From positions 8,556,001 to 8,620,000 of the forward strand of contig OZ176056.1 in the NCBI GenBank assembly GCA_964247055.1: a stretch of DNA of 64,000 bases, read 5' to 3'. Every line of letters begins with the position of its first letter. The first letter of the stretch is position 1. This DNA is from Paragordius varius (Eukaryota > Animalia > Nematomorpha). Under the pieces are notes generated by a model that saw only the letters and a list, made by a program, of their open reading frames with translations, was not told the origin of the DNA and ran no database searches. Made by a program: the position numbers and the translations under genes. Below, piece by piece: positions 1-11,904 of this stretch.

Positions 1-990
1 GATATACCATAATAACTTTTGAGATTTTGACTTTTCCGCGCACACAATGTTCAGAAACCACATCATTCTAATTGAATATAAAATAATGTTTAATAATTAA
101 ATGAATATTTTTTCTTTAACAGAAATGCTGGTTGTTATATAGTTTTTTCAATCATAGTTAACGATTTATTAATGATATTTAGCGTTGTTTTAAAAAAATG
201 CGTTCACAAAAACATTATAGCGGTTATTTCTTATTTATTACTAATTAACAAAAAATAAATAAATTGATTAATATTTAGCTTTTTTAGGAAAAAAACAAAT
301 TAACTATTTATTTCTAATAAAATTTAGCGTTTTTTGATGAAAATTAGGTTAAATGTAATCATTTATATAAGAATGAAAAACATAGTTTTGAAAATATCAA
401 AAACAAACAGCTGTTACGGCTAATTCAATTAAATTGAAAAAAACATATATATTTAGCTAAAATTCTCCTAAAAAATTTTTTTTTATACTGCCCTGTAGTT
501 TTTCAAAATTATCTTACAGTAATTTATATCAGCTGATTTTTAATAAATATTGGAGAATAATTATTAAATTTGGCTGTTTTAATAAAAAAATAGTAATTGC
601 ATAATTTGGCTGTAGTTAAAAATTTTTATAAAAAAATATCAGTTTTTAATTATAATTGAACTGTATTATAAAGGATATCAACATAACTCTCCTATTAGAA
701 ATAGCTAGGGGTTTATTGGAATATAACTATATTATTAAAATCCAACTGTTTCTAAGCAATTAAATAACTTATAAAACCAAGGCTTTAATTAGGTTATTTT
801 TATGCATATTCAAATTTTTAAAAGGAGCTCTGTTTTAGAGTTTTTTTAAAAAATATAAGCTAATTAACGGTATAAAATTTAAACTGTTTTTAATAAAATT
901 AACTTTTAAAGGGCTTTTTACAAAAAATTACCCTTTAAAACCAAAAAATTAATTAACATTTTTATAAATGGCATTGTGATAATTTAATAA

Positions 991-1722
991 TGTAAAAATA
1001 AATACCAAATTTCAATATATATTCAAGCCAAACGTTTTCCATTACGATTCATTTAAGTTTTTGCGAATTCAGGCAACGCATTTCTAAATTAATATAAGGT
1101 ATATATTATACATTGCTATATTAAAATGTATTTAATAGTATTATAATAAATTAACTGTTTGAATAAATAAACTGTATAAATCATAAATATTTCACTTTTA
1201 AAATAAATCAACTGTTATAATAAATCAACTGTTATAGTTGAATCAGTATAAATAAATCATAAATAGTTCACTTAAATTAATCAACTGATTAATTAAAACA
1301 ATAACAACTGATTAATAAAACAACTGATTAATAAAACAACTGATTAATTATTACAACTGATTAATAAAACAACTGATTAATAAAAACAACTGATTAATAA
1401 AAACAACTGATTAATTAAAACAACTATAAAACTAATTAATAAAAACAACTAATTAATAATGACAACTGATAAATTAAAAAAACTGCTTAATATAAATAAA
1501 TGATAAATTAAAAAACCTGAAATATCAAAACAACTCAAATAAAAAAACAAATGTTTTAAAAAATATTTTAAAACATTTAATATAACTATAATATTAATCA
1601 AGAATTTGAATTATTAAACTGTAAAAAAATTACCAAATTCAAAAATATCAAGCCAAAATTTTTTGCTTTACGATTCGTTTCAGTTTATGCGCAAATAATT
1701 GATTGAGGCAACACATTCTAAA
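991..1722 (+). repeat. Pair of diverged ~100 bp direct repeats flanking the minisatellite (also in units 2 and 3)
   Basis: 991-1088 TGTAAAA..TACCAAATT..TCAAGCCAAA..TTACGATTC..TGCG..AGGCAACGCATTTCTAAA matches 1620-1722 TGTAAAA..TACCAAATT..TCAAGCCAAA..TTACGATTCG..TGCG..AGGCAACACATTCTAAA. Confidence 0.8.
1281..1480 (+). repeat. 15-17 bp minisatellite A, (AAAACAACTGATTAAT)n, unit 1
   Basis: About 8 good tandem CAACTGATTAAT copies plus degenerate ones. Confidence 0.95.
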
Positions 1723-1960
1723 AAAAATAATGAAAATAAATAAATTGATAAATATAAACGATTAATTACAATATAATAATTCAAAAAAACGCTATTTATG
1801 AATGATATGTTTTGTGTTTAATTATCTAAAAAACCAATTTGCTGGCATTCAAGTAATTTTGCCGAATTGAGCGAATTAATATTTATAATTTAAGCATTTT
1901 TTTAAACTTTCTGATTTTTAGAATTATTATTAGTACAACATTTGGGTTTATAGGCATATT

Positions 1961-4900
1961 TTTAACCGATTAGCAAATTTTAAGGAAATTTTAACCGATT
2001 TTTAACAAAGCTTAAGGAAACTTTAACCGATTTTTAGGTTATTATAAGAAAACTTTAACCGAATTTTAGCCTATTATAAGGAAACTTTAACAGATTATTA
2101 GCAAATTTTAAGGAAACTTTAACCGATTTTTAGCAAATTCTAAGGAAATTTCACCTATTTTTAACAAATTTTAGGGAAACTTTAACCGATTTTTAGCAAA
2201 TTTTAAGGAAACTTTAACCGATTTTTAGCAAATTTTAACCGAAATTTTAAGAAAAAATTTAACCGAATTAGCAAATTTCAAGGGGACTTTAACCGATTTT
2301 TAGCAAATTTCAAGAAAATTTTGTACGATTTTTAGCCTATTATAAGGAAACTTTAAATAATTTTAGCAAATTTAAGAAAACTTTAACAGATTATTAGCAA
2401 ATTTTAAGGAAACTTTAACCGATTTTTAGAAAATATTAAAACTTTAACCGATTTTTAGCAAACTTAAACCGAAATTTTAAGAAAAACCGAATTAGCAAAT
2501 TTCAAGGGCCCTTTAACCGATTTTTAGCAAATTTTAAGGAAATTTCAACCTATTTTGGCTAATTTTCATGAAACTTTAACCGATTTATAGCCTATTATAG
2601 AAAAACTTTAACCGATTTATAGCCTATTATAGAAAAACTTTAACCGATTTTTAGCAAATTTTACTTTAACCGATTATTAGCAAATTTAAAGGAAACTTTA
2701 ACCGATTTTTAGCAAATTTTAAGGAAACTTTAACCGATTTTTAGCCTATTTTAAGAAAACTTTAACCAATTTTTTGCCTATTATAACGAAACTTTAACCA
2801 ATTTTTTGCCTATTATAACGAAACTTTAACCGATTTTTAGCCTATTATAAGGAAACTTTAACCGATTTTAGCAAATTTTAAAGAAACTTTAACCGATTTT
2901 TAGCAAATTTTAAAGAAACTTTAACCGATTTTTAGCAAATTTTAAGGAAACTTAAACAGATTATTAGCAAATTTTAAGGAAACTTAAACAGATTATTAGC
3001 AAATTTTAAGGAAACTTTAACCGATTATTAGCAAATTTTAAGGAAACTTTAACCAATTTTTAGCCTATTATAAGAAAACTTTAACCGATTTTTAGCCTAT
3101 TATAAGGAAACTTTAACCGATTTTTAGCAAATTTTAAGAAAACTTTAACCGATTTTTAGCAAATTTTAAGAAAACTTTAACCGATTTTTAGCCTATTTTA
3201 AGAAAACTTTAACCGATTTTTAGCAAACTTTAACCGAAATTTTAAGAAAAACTTTAACCGAATTAGCAAATTTCAAGGGCACTTTAACCGATTTTTAGCA
3301 AATTTCAAGAAAACTTTGTACGATTTTTAGCCTATTATAAGGAAACTTTAAATAATTTTAGCAAATTTAAGGAAACTTTAACAGATTATTAGCAAATTTT
3401 AAGGAAACTTTAACCAATTTTTAGCCTATTATAAGGAAACTTTAACCGATTTTTAGCAAATTTTAAGGAAACTTTAACCGATTATTAGCAAATTTTAAAG
3501 TAATTTTAACCGATTTTTAGCAAATTTTAAGGTAATTTTAATCGATTTTTAGCAAATTTTAAGGAACATTTAACGGATTTTTAACAAATTTAAAGAAAAC
3601 TTTAACCAATTTTTAGCCTATTATAAGAAAACTTTAACCGATTTTTAGCCTATTATAAGGAAACTTTAACCGACTTTAGCAAATTTTAAAGAAACTTTAA
3701 CCGATTTTTAGCAAACTTTAAGAAAACTTTAACCGATTTTTAGCCTATTATAAGGAAACTTTAACCGATTTTTAGCAAATTTTAAGAAAACTTTAACCGA
3801 TTTTTAGCCTATTATAAGGAAACTTTAACCGATTTTTAGCCTATTATAAGGAAACTTTAACCGATTTTCAGAAAATTTTAAGGAAACTTTAACCAATTTT
3901 TAGCCTATTATAAGAAAACTTTAACCGATTTTTAGCCTATTATAAGGAAACTTTAACCGATTTTCAGAAAATTTTAAAGAAACTTTAACCGATTTTTAGC
4001 AAATTTTAAAGAAATTTTAAGAAAAACTTTAACCGAATTAGCAAATTTCAAGGGCATTTTAACCGATTTTTAGCAAATTTCAAGAAAACTTTGTACGATT
4101 TTTAGCAAATTTTAACTTTAACCGATTAGCAAATTTTAAGATAATTTTAATCGATTTTTAGCAAATTTTAAGGAAACTTAAACAGATTATTAGCAAATTT
4201 TAAGGAAACTTTAACCGATTATTAGCAAATTTTAAGGAAACTTTAACCAATTTTTAGCCTATTATAAGAAAACTTTAACCGATTTTTAGCAAACTTTAAG
4301 AAAACTTTAACCGATTTTTAGCCTATTATAAGGAAACTTTAACCGATTTTTAGCAAATTTTAAGGAAACTTTAATCGATTTTTAGCCTATTATAGGGAAA
4401 CTTTAACCGATTTTAGCAAATTTTAAGAAACCGCTAACCGATTATTAGCAAATTATAAGAAAACTTTAACCGATTTTCAGCAAACTTTAACCGAAATTTA
4501 AGAAAACTTTAACCGATTTTTAGCAAATTTTAAGAAACCTTTAACCGATTATTAGCAAATTTTAAGAAAACTTTAACCGATTTTTAGCCTATTATAAGGA
4601 AACTTTAACCGATTTTAGCAAATTTTAAGGAAACTTTAACCGATTTTTAGCCTATTATAAGAAAACTTTAACCGATTTTTAGCCTATTATAAGGAAATAA
4701 CCGATTTTTAGCAAATTTTAAGGTAACTTTAACCTAATTTTAGGCAAATTAGTAAAAAATTTTAACGCATTTTTAGCATATTTTAACCGATTTTTAGCAA
4801 ATTTTAAGAAAATTTTAACCGATTATTAGCAAATTTTAAGAAAACTTTAACCGATTATTAGCAAATTTTAAGAAAACCTCAACCGATTATTAGCAAAACT

Positions 4901-5676
4901 TTAACCTAATTTTAGCATATTTTAAGGAAAAATTAACAGATTTTTAACAAATTATAAGGAAACTTTAACCGATTATTAGCCAATTTTAAAAAAACTTTAA
5001 TCGATTTTCAGAAAATTTTAAGGAAACTTTAACAGATTATTAGCAAATTTTAAGGAAACTTTAACCGATTTTTAGCCTATTATAAGGAAACTTTAACCGA
5101 TTTTAGCAAATTTTAAGGAAACTAACCGATTTTTAGAAAATTTTAAAAATTTAATCGATTTTTAGCAAACTTTAACCGAAATTTTAAGAAAAACTTTAAC
5201 CGAATTAGCAAATTTCAAGGGCACTTTAACCGATTTTTAGCAAATTTTAAGAAAACTTTAACCGATTTTTAGCAAATTTTAAGAAAACTTTAACCGATTA
5301 TTAGCAAATTTTAAGGAAACTTTAACCGATTTTTAGCCTATTATAAGGAAACTTTAACCGATTTTAGCAAATTTTAAGGAAACTTTAACCGATTTTTAGC
5401 CTATTATAAGAAAACTTTAACCGATTTTTAGCCTATTATAAGAAAACTTTAACCGATTTTTAGCCTATTATAAGGAAACTTTAACCGATTTTTAGCAAAT
5501 TTTAAGGTAACTTTAACCTAATTTTAGGCAAATTAGTAAAAAACTTTAACGCATTTTTAGCATATTTTAACCGATTTTTAGCAAATTTTAAGAAAATTTT
5601 AACCGATTATTAGCAAATTTTAAGGAAACTTTAACCGATTTTTAGCCTATTATAAGGAAACTTTAACCGATTTTTA
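1961..5676 (+). repeat. 32 bp satellite B, unit 1 (~3.7 kb)
   Basis: Consensus GAAACTTTAACCGATTTTTAGCAAATTTTAAG in tandem, with a frequent GCCTATTATAAG variant. Confidence 0.98.
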
Positions 5677-6548
5677 AATTGATTTTTATTTAATTTCTCA
5701 TTTTTTTAACAAACTTTAAACAATTTTAAATAATTTTAGTGTATTTTTAAGAAACTTTAATACCATTTTTTTACTTTTTTTGAACCACCTTAAGTCATTT
5801 TATGTAAGAAAAAATAGAAGACACGAAAAGAAGGCGTTATATCAATTATACGCCCGAAAACCCAAAACCAATTTGTTGTACATAATTTATATACTAGGAA
5901 TTTTTTAGAGGAGGGGTGGTCAACAAGCGGCTCCTTAAATATTGAGGCTGCCGCGAGAAATTTATATACAAGTTTTTAAAAAATTTAAGGAAAATTGATT
6001 ATCTTAAACAAATTTTCTGAATAAATTTTTCCGGAATTTTGGCAATTTCCTAAAAAAATGATAACAAAATAGTGGTTTTTACAGTATCATTTATAATATC
6101 TAATAAAATGTTAGCTAATGCCCATATATTTAGCCAATTTGGACCGCGAAGCCATAGAATATGAATTTATTTTTTAAGAAATTAAATTTTATAGGACGAG
6201 CATGCACCTAAAAAACAATAACATAAGTTCACCTTTATATGTTAACACTTCCTCTCCATTATCAAAAAATTTTTACAAAATTTTAGAGAAAGAAATTCAA
6301 TGCTAAAATATTTTACCAAGAGCTATAATTTATGTAAAATTATTTTAAATTGGAAGGATATTTTAGATTTCAAAACAAGCAAGCATCTAAATAATTATAA
6401 CATATGTTCACCTTTCTATTTCATCTTCCTCAAACAAATAAAAAAAAATAAATTTTAAAAGATCAAGAAACGCACTTGTTAGCAATATAGTATCATAATT
6501 GGACATTTATTTAGTTTTTTTTAAAAAATGGATAATAATAAAATATTA

Positions 6549-6676
6549 CTAGGTTTGTGTTAAAATTTGCCAGATAGAATTGCCAAGTAAATGGCTAATA
6601 GCAAGAAAAGATTCTTTTTGAAGTTAATAAATGTTCCTTATCATTCGTATCTGGCAATATTTTAATGCAAACCCAG
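6549..6676. mobile_element. MITE-like inverted repeat (~28 bp arms); copies at 39769 and 58001
   Basis: CTAGGTTTGTGTTAAAATTTGCCAGATA pairs with TATCTGGCAATATTTTAATGCAAACCCAG. No target-site duplication seen. Confidence 0.5.
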
Positions 6677-6694
6677 AAATGATTCGTAATTATA

Positions 6695-6960
6695 CTGTAT
6701 ATATATAAAACATGCAAAACTTACATATATTGTTTGATCAGAATTGTATTAAAACGTATTTTCCCATTTCAGTCGTATAATATCAACCATGTTTCCAATA
6801 CTTTGTCGTTTTATTGTGGTCGATTGTTTCCAAGATTTGGTTGGACAGTTTCCTTTTTTCAATTAACAATGGTATTCTAATGATTAAGTATAAACAATTT
6901 ACCTTATTATATAGTAATGGCAATACATTGTATAGCTGGAGAGATCAAGACATGACAAGG
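6695..6960 (-). pseudogene. Fragment of an unknown gene with 26 nt and 30 nt introns (copies ~39915-40180 and ~58147-58412)
   Basis: Minus strand: ..LDLSSYTMYCHYYIIR | intron 6902-6877 GTAAAT..CATTAG | IPLLIEKRKLSNQILETIDHNKTTKYWKHG*YYTTEMGKYVLIQF*SNNI | intron 6724-6695 GTAAGT..TACAG. Two in-frame TGA; protein family not recognised. Confidence 0.45.
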
Positions 6961-7320
6961 GAAGTTGCATATGCACCCAATCTATCCACCCATTTCAAAA
7001 AATGTGCGAGGAAAAAAAATTAAATAAATGAAAAAAAATAAAATTTTCGCCCTTTATATAGGGCATAATGTATATGTTATCTTTTTATCCAATCAAATTA
7101 ATGTGTGCATTTGCGCCTTTTTCCCCCTTCTGGAAAAATGTTTCACATTCTTTTCCCTCTCTTTATTGCGCAACATTGTTTGGGCGCCTCTATTTTATTA
7201 TTATTCCCCCTCCCCCCCATGTGCACATTCCAATAAAACATATAATATTATATATGATTCATCATATCTAAAAATAATCCTTTTTATTACAATAATGTTA
7301 TTTGGCTGGCGCCTATAAAG
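6955..7320. mobile_element. Probable non-autonomous DNA-transposon end (GC-rich subterminal motifs)
   Basis: GGGAAGTTGCATATGCACCC (TGCATATGCA palindrome), repeated GCGCC/TCGCCC motifs and C-runs in AT-rich background. No TIR pair or TSD defined. Confidence 0.3.
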
Positions 7321-8592
7321 AAATGTAAATAAAATTTGGAGAAAAATATGTTAAAAAAATATGGCAATAATATTTTAACAATCTTTATTAATAATAAATG
7401 AAAAATTTGAATTTATTTTCTTACTTAAATGTTTGATTACACAAATGGCTAATATCAAAATTTATTAATTAATTAATCTAATTTGTTTCAATATTAAAAA
7501 AAATAATTTTTCATAGAGGTATTTAAGTTTTTACCGGTGTAATTTGATTAATATATTGGTTTATAATTTAGTGATCTTAGAATTTTTTTTCTAAAATAAA
7601 GCAGAATGTTTTTTAAGAAGTTTATAGATTATTATCTAAAGATTTATAATTATTTTAATTTTATGCTTTGTGCAATCATCTAATATCAAATTAATGTTAA
7701 AATCAAATACATCATATAATAAGCTTTCAACAACAAGAGCTCTGATTTTTTTGGATTTCCAATTCATTAAAATCCATCATCACAGATAGTTTATTTAGGT
7801 AAAAGATATTCAAAGTGTGCTTACGATAATTACCAATATATAATGATTCTCTCTTAATTCATACTAATATATATATTAATTTTAAAATAGGAATCAACAA
7901 ATAAGTTATTATTCTGTTTTAAATTCAATTAAAAAATATGTAAATAAAATCGAAAATAAGTTATGTCCTGTGGGGATAAGGGTTAAAGTAAAAAGTTTGG
8001 TTTCAGTTTTTTAAACAGAAAGCTGAAAATCTGTTTTTCATTAAGAGTTATCTGAAACAAAATTTAAACTTTTTTATACCAAAGAACGATACAGAATATC
8101 TGGGAATTGCTAACTTAACATTTAATAACCTTTAAAAGTGTAATAATTCTCAATTGAGAAATGGTTAAATCCTAACAATTTTATTAAAAATTATAATGGA
8201 TTATTTATCCCAAAACTTTCTAAGCTTGCAATGTTAAATTCCCATCGTTCATGCGAAAATGTCTTTAGAATTAAGCAGTAATAAACACTTTAGTTTTAAT
8301 ATTAACTAATCATTTAAAAATCAATCAAAAGAGTTTCTTCATTTAATAATTATGTATAACCACACGACAATAACATGAGAAAAGTAAAAGATATCAATGT
8401 TGGATAAAAATATCATTAAATTCTTCAACTTTTTTAATAATTAGTTCCCGTTTTGAAAAAGCTGAATAAAAATCTTTTTCAAAACAATAGCATTTCATTA
8501 CTTTACTACAGTTTGGAAAACCAATTAAAATATTTGGTTATATGGTGAAAAATGTAAATTTTTTTAATCTTAAATTTATAGTATAATACTGT

Positions 8593-8710
8593 AAGGTTTC
8601 GACTTTGTGGGCTAGGGTTAGGGTGAGGGATTGGAGTTGGTTCATTTTCTAAAAGAAGTCCGCAGGACTTCCTCGGGCTGCGAAGCAGGCCGAGACCCAC
8701 GCATTATCTT
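8593..8710 (+). mobile_element. G4 + twin-hairpin module (possible Helitron/Helentron-like terminus)
   Basis: GGGCTAGGGTTAGGGTGAGGG at 8609-8629; hairpin GAAGTCC-GCA-GGACTTC at 8655-8671; hairpin CTCGG-G-CTGC-GAA-GCAG-G-CCGAG at 8672-8694. The structure is seen directly; the Helitron assignment is inference. Confidence 0.55.
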
Positions 8711-9453
8711 ACTATTTATACCTTATATTTATAATTAATTTTTTACTTAAATACAAAGATCCCAATAAAAAATTATTAATAATACAGAGTTAGGTATTGA
8801 ATTTTATTGGGAAATAATTGGAGATCCGTTCTAGTATTAGTAAATAAGAACAATGGATTAAACATTTTTTTAGCTGTACTGCAAACATTACATAACATGT
8901 TTACATTAATTTTTATTACCCAAATCCTTAATATATATCATATAGTTTAGGAATCCTTATTTTTAACTTCTTAATAAAAATTTTGTGTTAGGTACAAATT
9001 GTCATTCTATATTCTGCTTATTGATTTTATCAGCTTTAGTTTGTACTTCATCTTAATTTAATCTATTTAAATTTTATATAAATTATAAAAAGATGTCTTT
9101 ATTTGTATTTAAAAATTAAATCTTTGAAAAATAGGGCCTTATCCAAACTAGACCACCTATATTTAAAAATAAAAATTTAATTCGAAACATAGTTAAATTT
9201 AAAACTTATTTCGTTTTTAATTATATATTAATAGCATTTTAAGTTTGATTCATTACTAATTTTAAAATTGATTAAGGTCCTAGAATTGAATTTAGGTATC
9301 TGTAGGAAAAATTGTGCATTGCTCTAAGTTACATGGTTTGAAGAATAAAATGTCAAGTAAACGAATTATATATTTATTTCTATATGTGTAAGACTCATTT
9401 CATATGTTTTTGGGATGAAATAACCCTAACCAACTCATATTTGGATAAACTTT

Positions 9454-9522
9454 AAGGCTTTCGACTTTGTGGACTAGGGTTAGGGTGAGGGATTGGAGTT
9501 GGTTCATTTTCTTAAAGAAGTC
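9454..9522 (+). mobile_element. Truncated copy of the module (also 42668-42736 and 61101-61169)
   Basis: Same sequence, but the first G-run is broken (GGACTAGGG) and similarity stops right after GAAGTC, the left arm of hairpin 1. Confidence 0.75.
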
Positions 9523-10737
9523 ACCCTTCATCCAATTTAAAGAGGTTCATGATTATTATTTGCTAAATCTGTGTTTTCCTATTATAAATTTAATTAAACT
9601 CATTATGACATCGCTTATATGCAAATACAAAAAAATATTTTTATCAACCCGAATACTATCGCAACAAAACCATGTATGATTTTAAATTAAAAAATTGAAA
9701 ATATATTATTTTTATTACAAATTCTAAATTTTAAATGGTTTTTTAGAAAATAAATTTGAATATTGGAAAATAGTAGCAGAGGGCAATCTATGTTAAAAAT
9801 TGTCGAGTCTGTTGGTGAGGGATTGCAATTGTCAAAACAAGACTTGTAAAGCAATAAAGTATTCATTATACAACATAATTCAAAATATTTTTAAATATTT
9901 ATATTCAAAGTAATTGTAACAATCGGATTTAATACTATCAATATATATAAAACATTTATAACATTTAATGGAAAAAATTTGGTTTGTCAAGTTACCTATA
10001 TATACATAATATATAGGTGTAGGTATAGTAATTTTAAACTAAAGAATAGTAAGCAACAACCCTAAAATAAAAATATATTTTATAGGATAATAACTATAGG
10101 TTAAACTATATTTATCCTTGAAGTTTTACTCACTCAAGGTATAATATACAGGATGAATTAAGCAATACAGTTTTAAAATATTAGATACCCATTTTATAAA
10201 ATATAATTAAAGCCTAATTTTGGGGACAAAAAAATATATTATGTCCTACCACATAAATAATTATATTAAAAAATCAACATTAACGATATAAGTTAATTTT
10301 ATTTAACTAATTCCAAATTTTTTAATCCAAATTCATTTCTCTTTTGCTAGGTGGTATTCATACATACATAAATTCAAAAATTTGCTTCACAATACTAAAT
10401 TCGGACAGGATGGTTCATTGTATGTCTACTTTGTTTCGGAAAAGTTATGGCTTTTTGAATGCGTTTAGTTGAAAATATTTTACATTTTTCAATGGATATC
10501 ACAGAATTATGACAAACTAAAAACTTTAATTTGTTGTGGAAAGCAAATGTGAGCCTGATTCCGTATTAAATTTGGAAATTAACTCAAATTGTATGGATCT
10601 TGCAGTGAGTAACAAATATAATTGTTTATTTATTTTTGCGTTCTATTTTGGACTTTATATAAGGATTATTTTCTTCAAAAAACTTAAAATATATACGCAA
10701 ATTTTTATATATTTTTTTGTTTTGAGTATTATTTTAG

Positions 10738-10868
10738 ACTTTATAACAAAACTATCAACACATAACATTACAAGAATTTTCCGGGTGTATTTAAGCTGGT
10801 TGATTACCTCGGTCTAAAGATGTCATTTGGCAGATCTTGTGGATTCGTGTAAACCTGGAGATGATATT
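10738..10868 (+). pseudogene. MCM2: MCM2 pseudo-exon, unit 1 (stops plus a 4 nt deletion)
   Basis: Same exon as 43943-44077, with an extra TGA and a frameshift near DVIL. Confidence 0.85.
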
Positions 10869-11152
10869 GTAACAATTTTTTTTGTTTTCTTATGTAATTA
10901 ACACATAATTCACATACACATAACATCATTTTTAAATATCTTTAACTGTTTTCTATCAGGTTTTTTTTAATTAAGCTTAAAATATTATATAATTTATCAT
11001 ACACACAATGCACACAATATTCTGTTGGATATATATATTCTAATAAAATAGGTCTAAAATTAATGGGTTGCTTTTAATTTCGGGACGAATCATCTCAAAA
11101 TTCCAAATTATCCCCATTTTTTTATAATATTTTTAGGATAACAAAAACTCTT

Positions 11153-11181
11153 TATATATAATATATATATATATATATATA
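11153..11181. repeat. (TA)n microsatellite
   Basis: Run of TA dinucleotides; shorter in units 2 and 3. Confidence 0.9.
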
Positions 11182-11310
11182 GGATAAACTTGAAAAGAAT
11201 TGATTAAGTTTAATTGGGACTTTCGTAGATATTAAGTTTTTATACCACTGAATAGGTCATCTAATGGTAACAAAGTGATAAGAAGCACTATATGAAATTA
11301 TATGTGATTA

Positions 11311-11790
11311 GACAAGTGCCTTATCATCGATCCAACTGTCACCCACGAGAACGGGCCCAACGCCCTAGATGAAGCACATAATATTAAGATAGAGAAGTAT
11401 CGTCACCTCACAGTCTCACTTTCCGCCCAATTTAACGAGGTTTATATCATTTCAATCGTCGTGGGCGCACTTGGATCATGGCATCCCAAAAACAAAAGAT
11501 TATTCGAAAACATTAATATGAAAAATAAGGCTGAGATGAGAAAGGATATAGTCATCGAAACCATCAAATTTTCCTGATATATTCTTTGAATTTACCAGTG
11601 GTAAAAACTATATCCCCTCCTTCCTGGAAACATCCACGTCCAACCTCATCCCACACTCCCACTGCACATCCGTAACACAATAAGGCTCAATTTGTATCAA
11701 TATATCAATTCTGTCCATATGATCACCTATATTTCTTTTTAACAATGTTTTTTATATTCCTTCAATTTTTATTTTTATCAAAATAAATAC
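11311..11790 (+). mobile_element. 5'-truncated RLE-type non-LTR retrotransposon (NeSL/R5/Utopia-like), unit 1
   Basis: DKCLIIDPTVTHENGPNALDEAHNIKIEKYRHL..VYIISIVVGALGSWHPKNKRLF, then a 3' UTR ending near AATAAA at 11782. Confidence 0.85.
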
Positions 11791-11904
11791 ACAAATCAAA
11801 TTAAATACCTAAATAGTTAGAATTGAAAAGTCAAAGGTTAAATATATTGTTCTGCTTTCGAAAAATATTTTGTGTTATAGTTTTAGGTTTTGTCATGTAT
11901 ATTT

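Noticed and set aside
8609-8629. True or interstitial telomere
   Set aside because: Only about 3.5 variant hexamers, embedded in a dispersed module.
6814-10817. Short listed ORFs (6814, 7028, 7068, 8506, 9467, 10536 and their copies)
   Set aside because: Low-complexity or wrong-frame translations of repeats and pseudo-exons; the recognisable coding signal lies in other frames or on the other strand.
11186-11215. LRR remnant NLKRID(LSFN) upstream of the retroelement
   Set aside because: Needs two assumed insertions and is too short to support.
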